Shown here: piece by piece, positions 63,925-64,000 of the stretch
Numbering within the stretch: position 1 is the first letter of the stretch
Layout of the letters: each line of letters starts with the position of its first letter
Source of the DNA: Octopus sinensis
Taxonomy: Eukaryota
Reading direction: 5' to 3'
Length of the DNA: 64,000 nt
Assembly (NCBI RefSeq): GCF_006345805.1
Contig: NC_043016.1
Coordinates: 23,746,001 to 23,810,000 of the forward strand
Position numbers and translations under genes: made by a program
The notes under the pieces: generated by a model
Told to the model about the DNA's origin: nothing
Seen by the model: only the letters and a program-made list of their open reading frames with translations
Databases searched by the model: none

Positions 63925-64000
63925 GGAGGGAGATCAGACTGGAGCCTGGTGCAGCCTCCTGGCTTCCCAGACCCCATTCGAACCGTCCAACCCATGCTAG
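63925..64000 (+). mobile_element. RTE 3' tail, cut by the window end
   Basis: gatcagactggagcctggtgcagcc...ccgtccaacccatgctag. Confidence 0.75.

Overview
Eukaryotic, AT-rich, repeat-dominated DNA. It is most likely an octopus genome, inferred from the tRNA-derived SINE families and the extreme (TA)n/(TG)n/(TATG)n/(AAT)n density. There is a 100-N scaffold gap at 14585-14684. No intact protein-coding gene can be supported: the ORF track is almost all microsatellite or transposon read-through, and only a weak pair of + strand candidate exons (28562-28669, 30886-30908) survives. The window holds two abundant tRNA-SINE families (called A and B here), RTE-clade LINE relics and 3' tails, one near-full-length but frameshifted CR1/L2-group LINE (49092-52940), several decayed Tc1/mariner elements and MITE-like derivatives, and a 1.75-kb tandem duplication that may be an assembly artefact. 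The most interesting signal is a set of eight loci with type I hammerhead-ribozyme-like motifs (CUGANGA...GAAA...UH) of the Penelope-like-element/retrozyme kind. Three of them sit back-to-back in near-perfect palindromes (7066-7283, 17134-17274, 61939-62096), and one sits in a 306-bp unit with direct terminal repeats. A second notable signal is a 3' stem-loop with compensatory changes shared between the CR1-like LINE and SINE family A.
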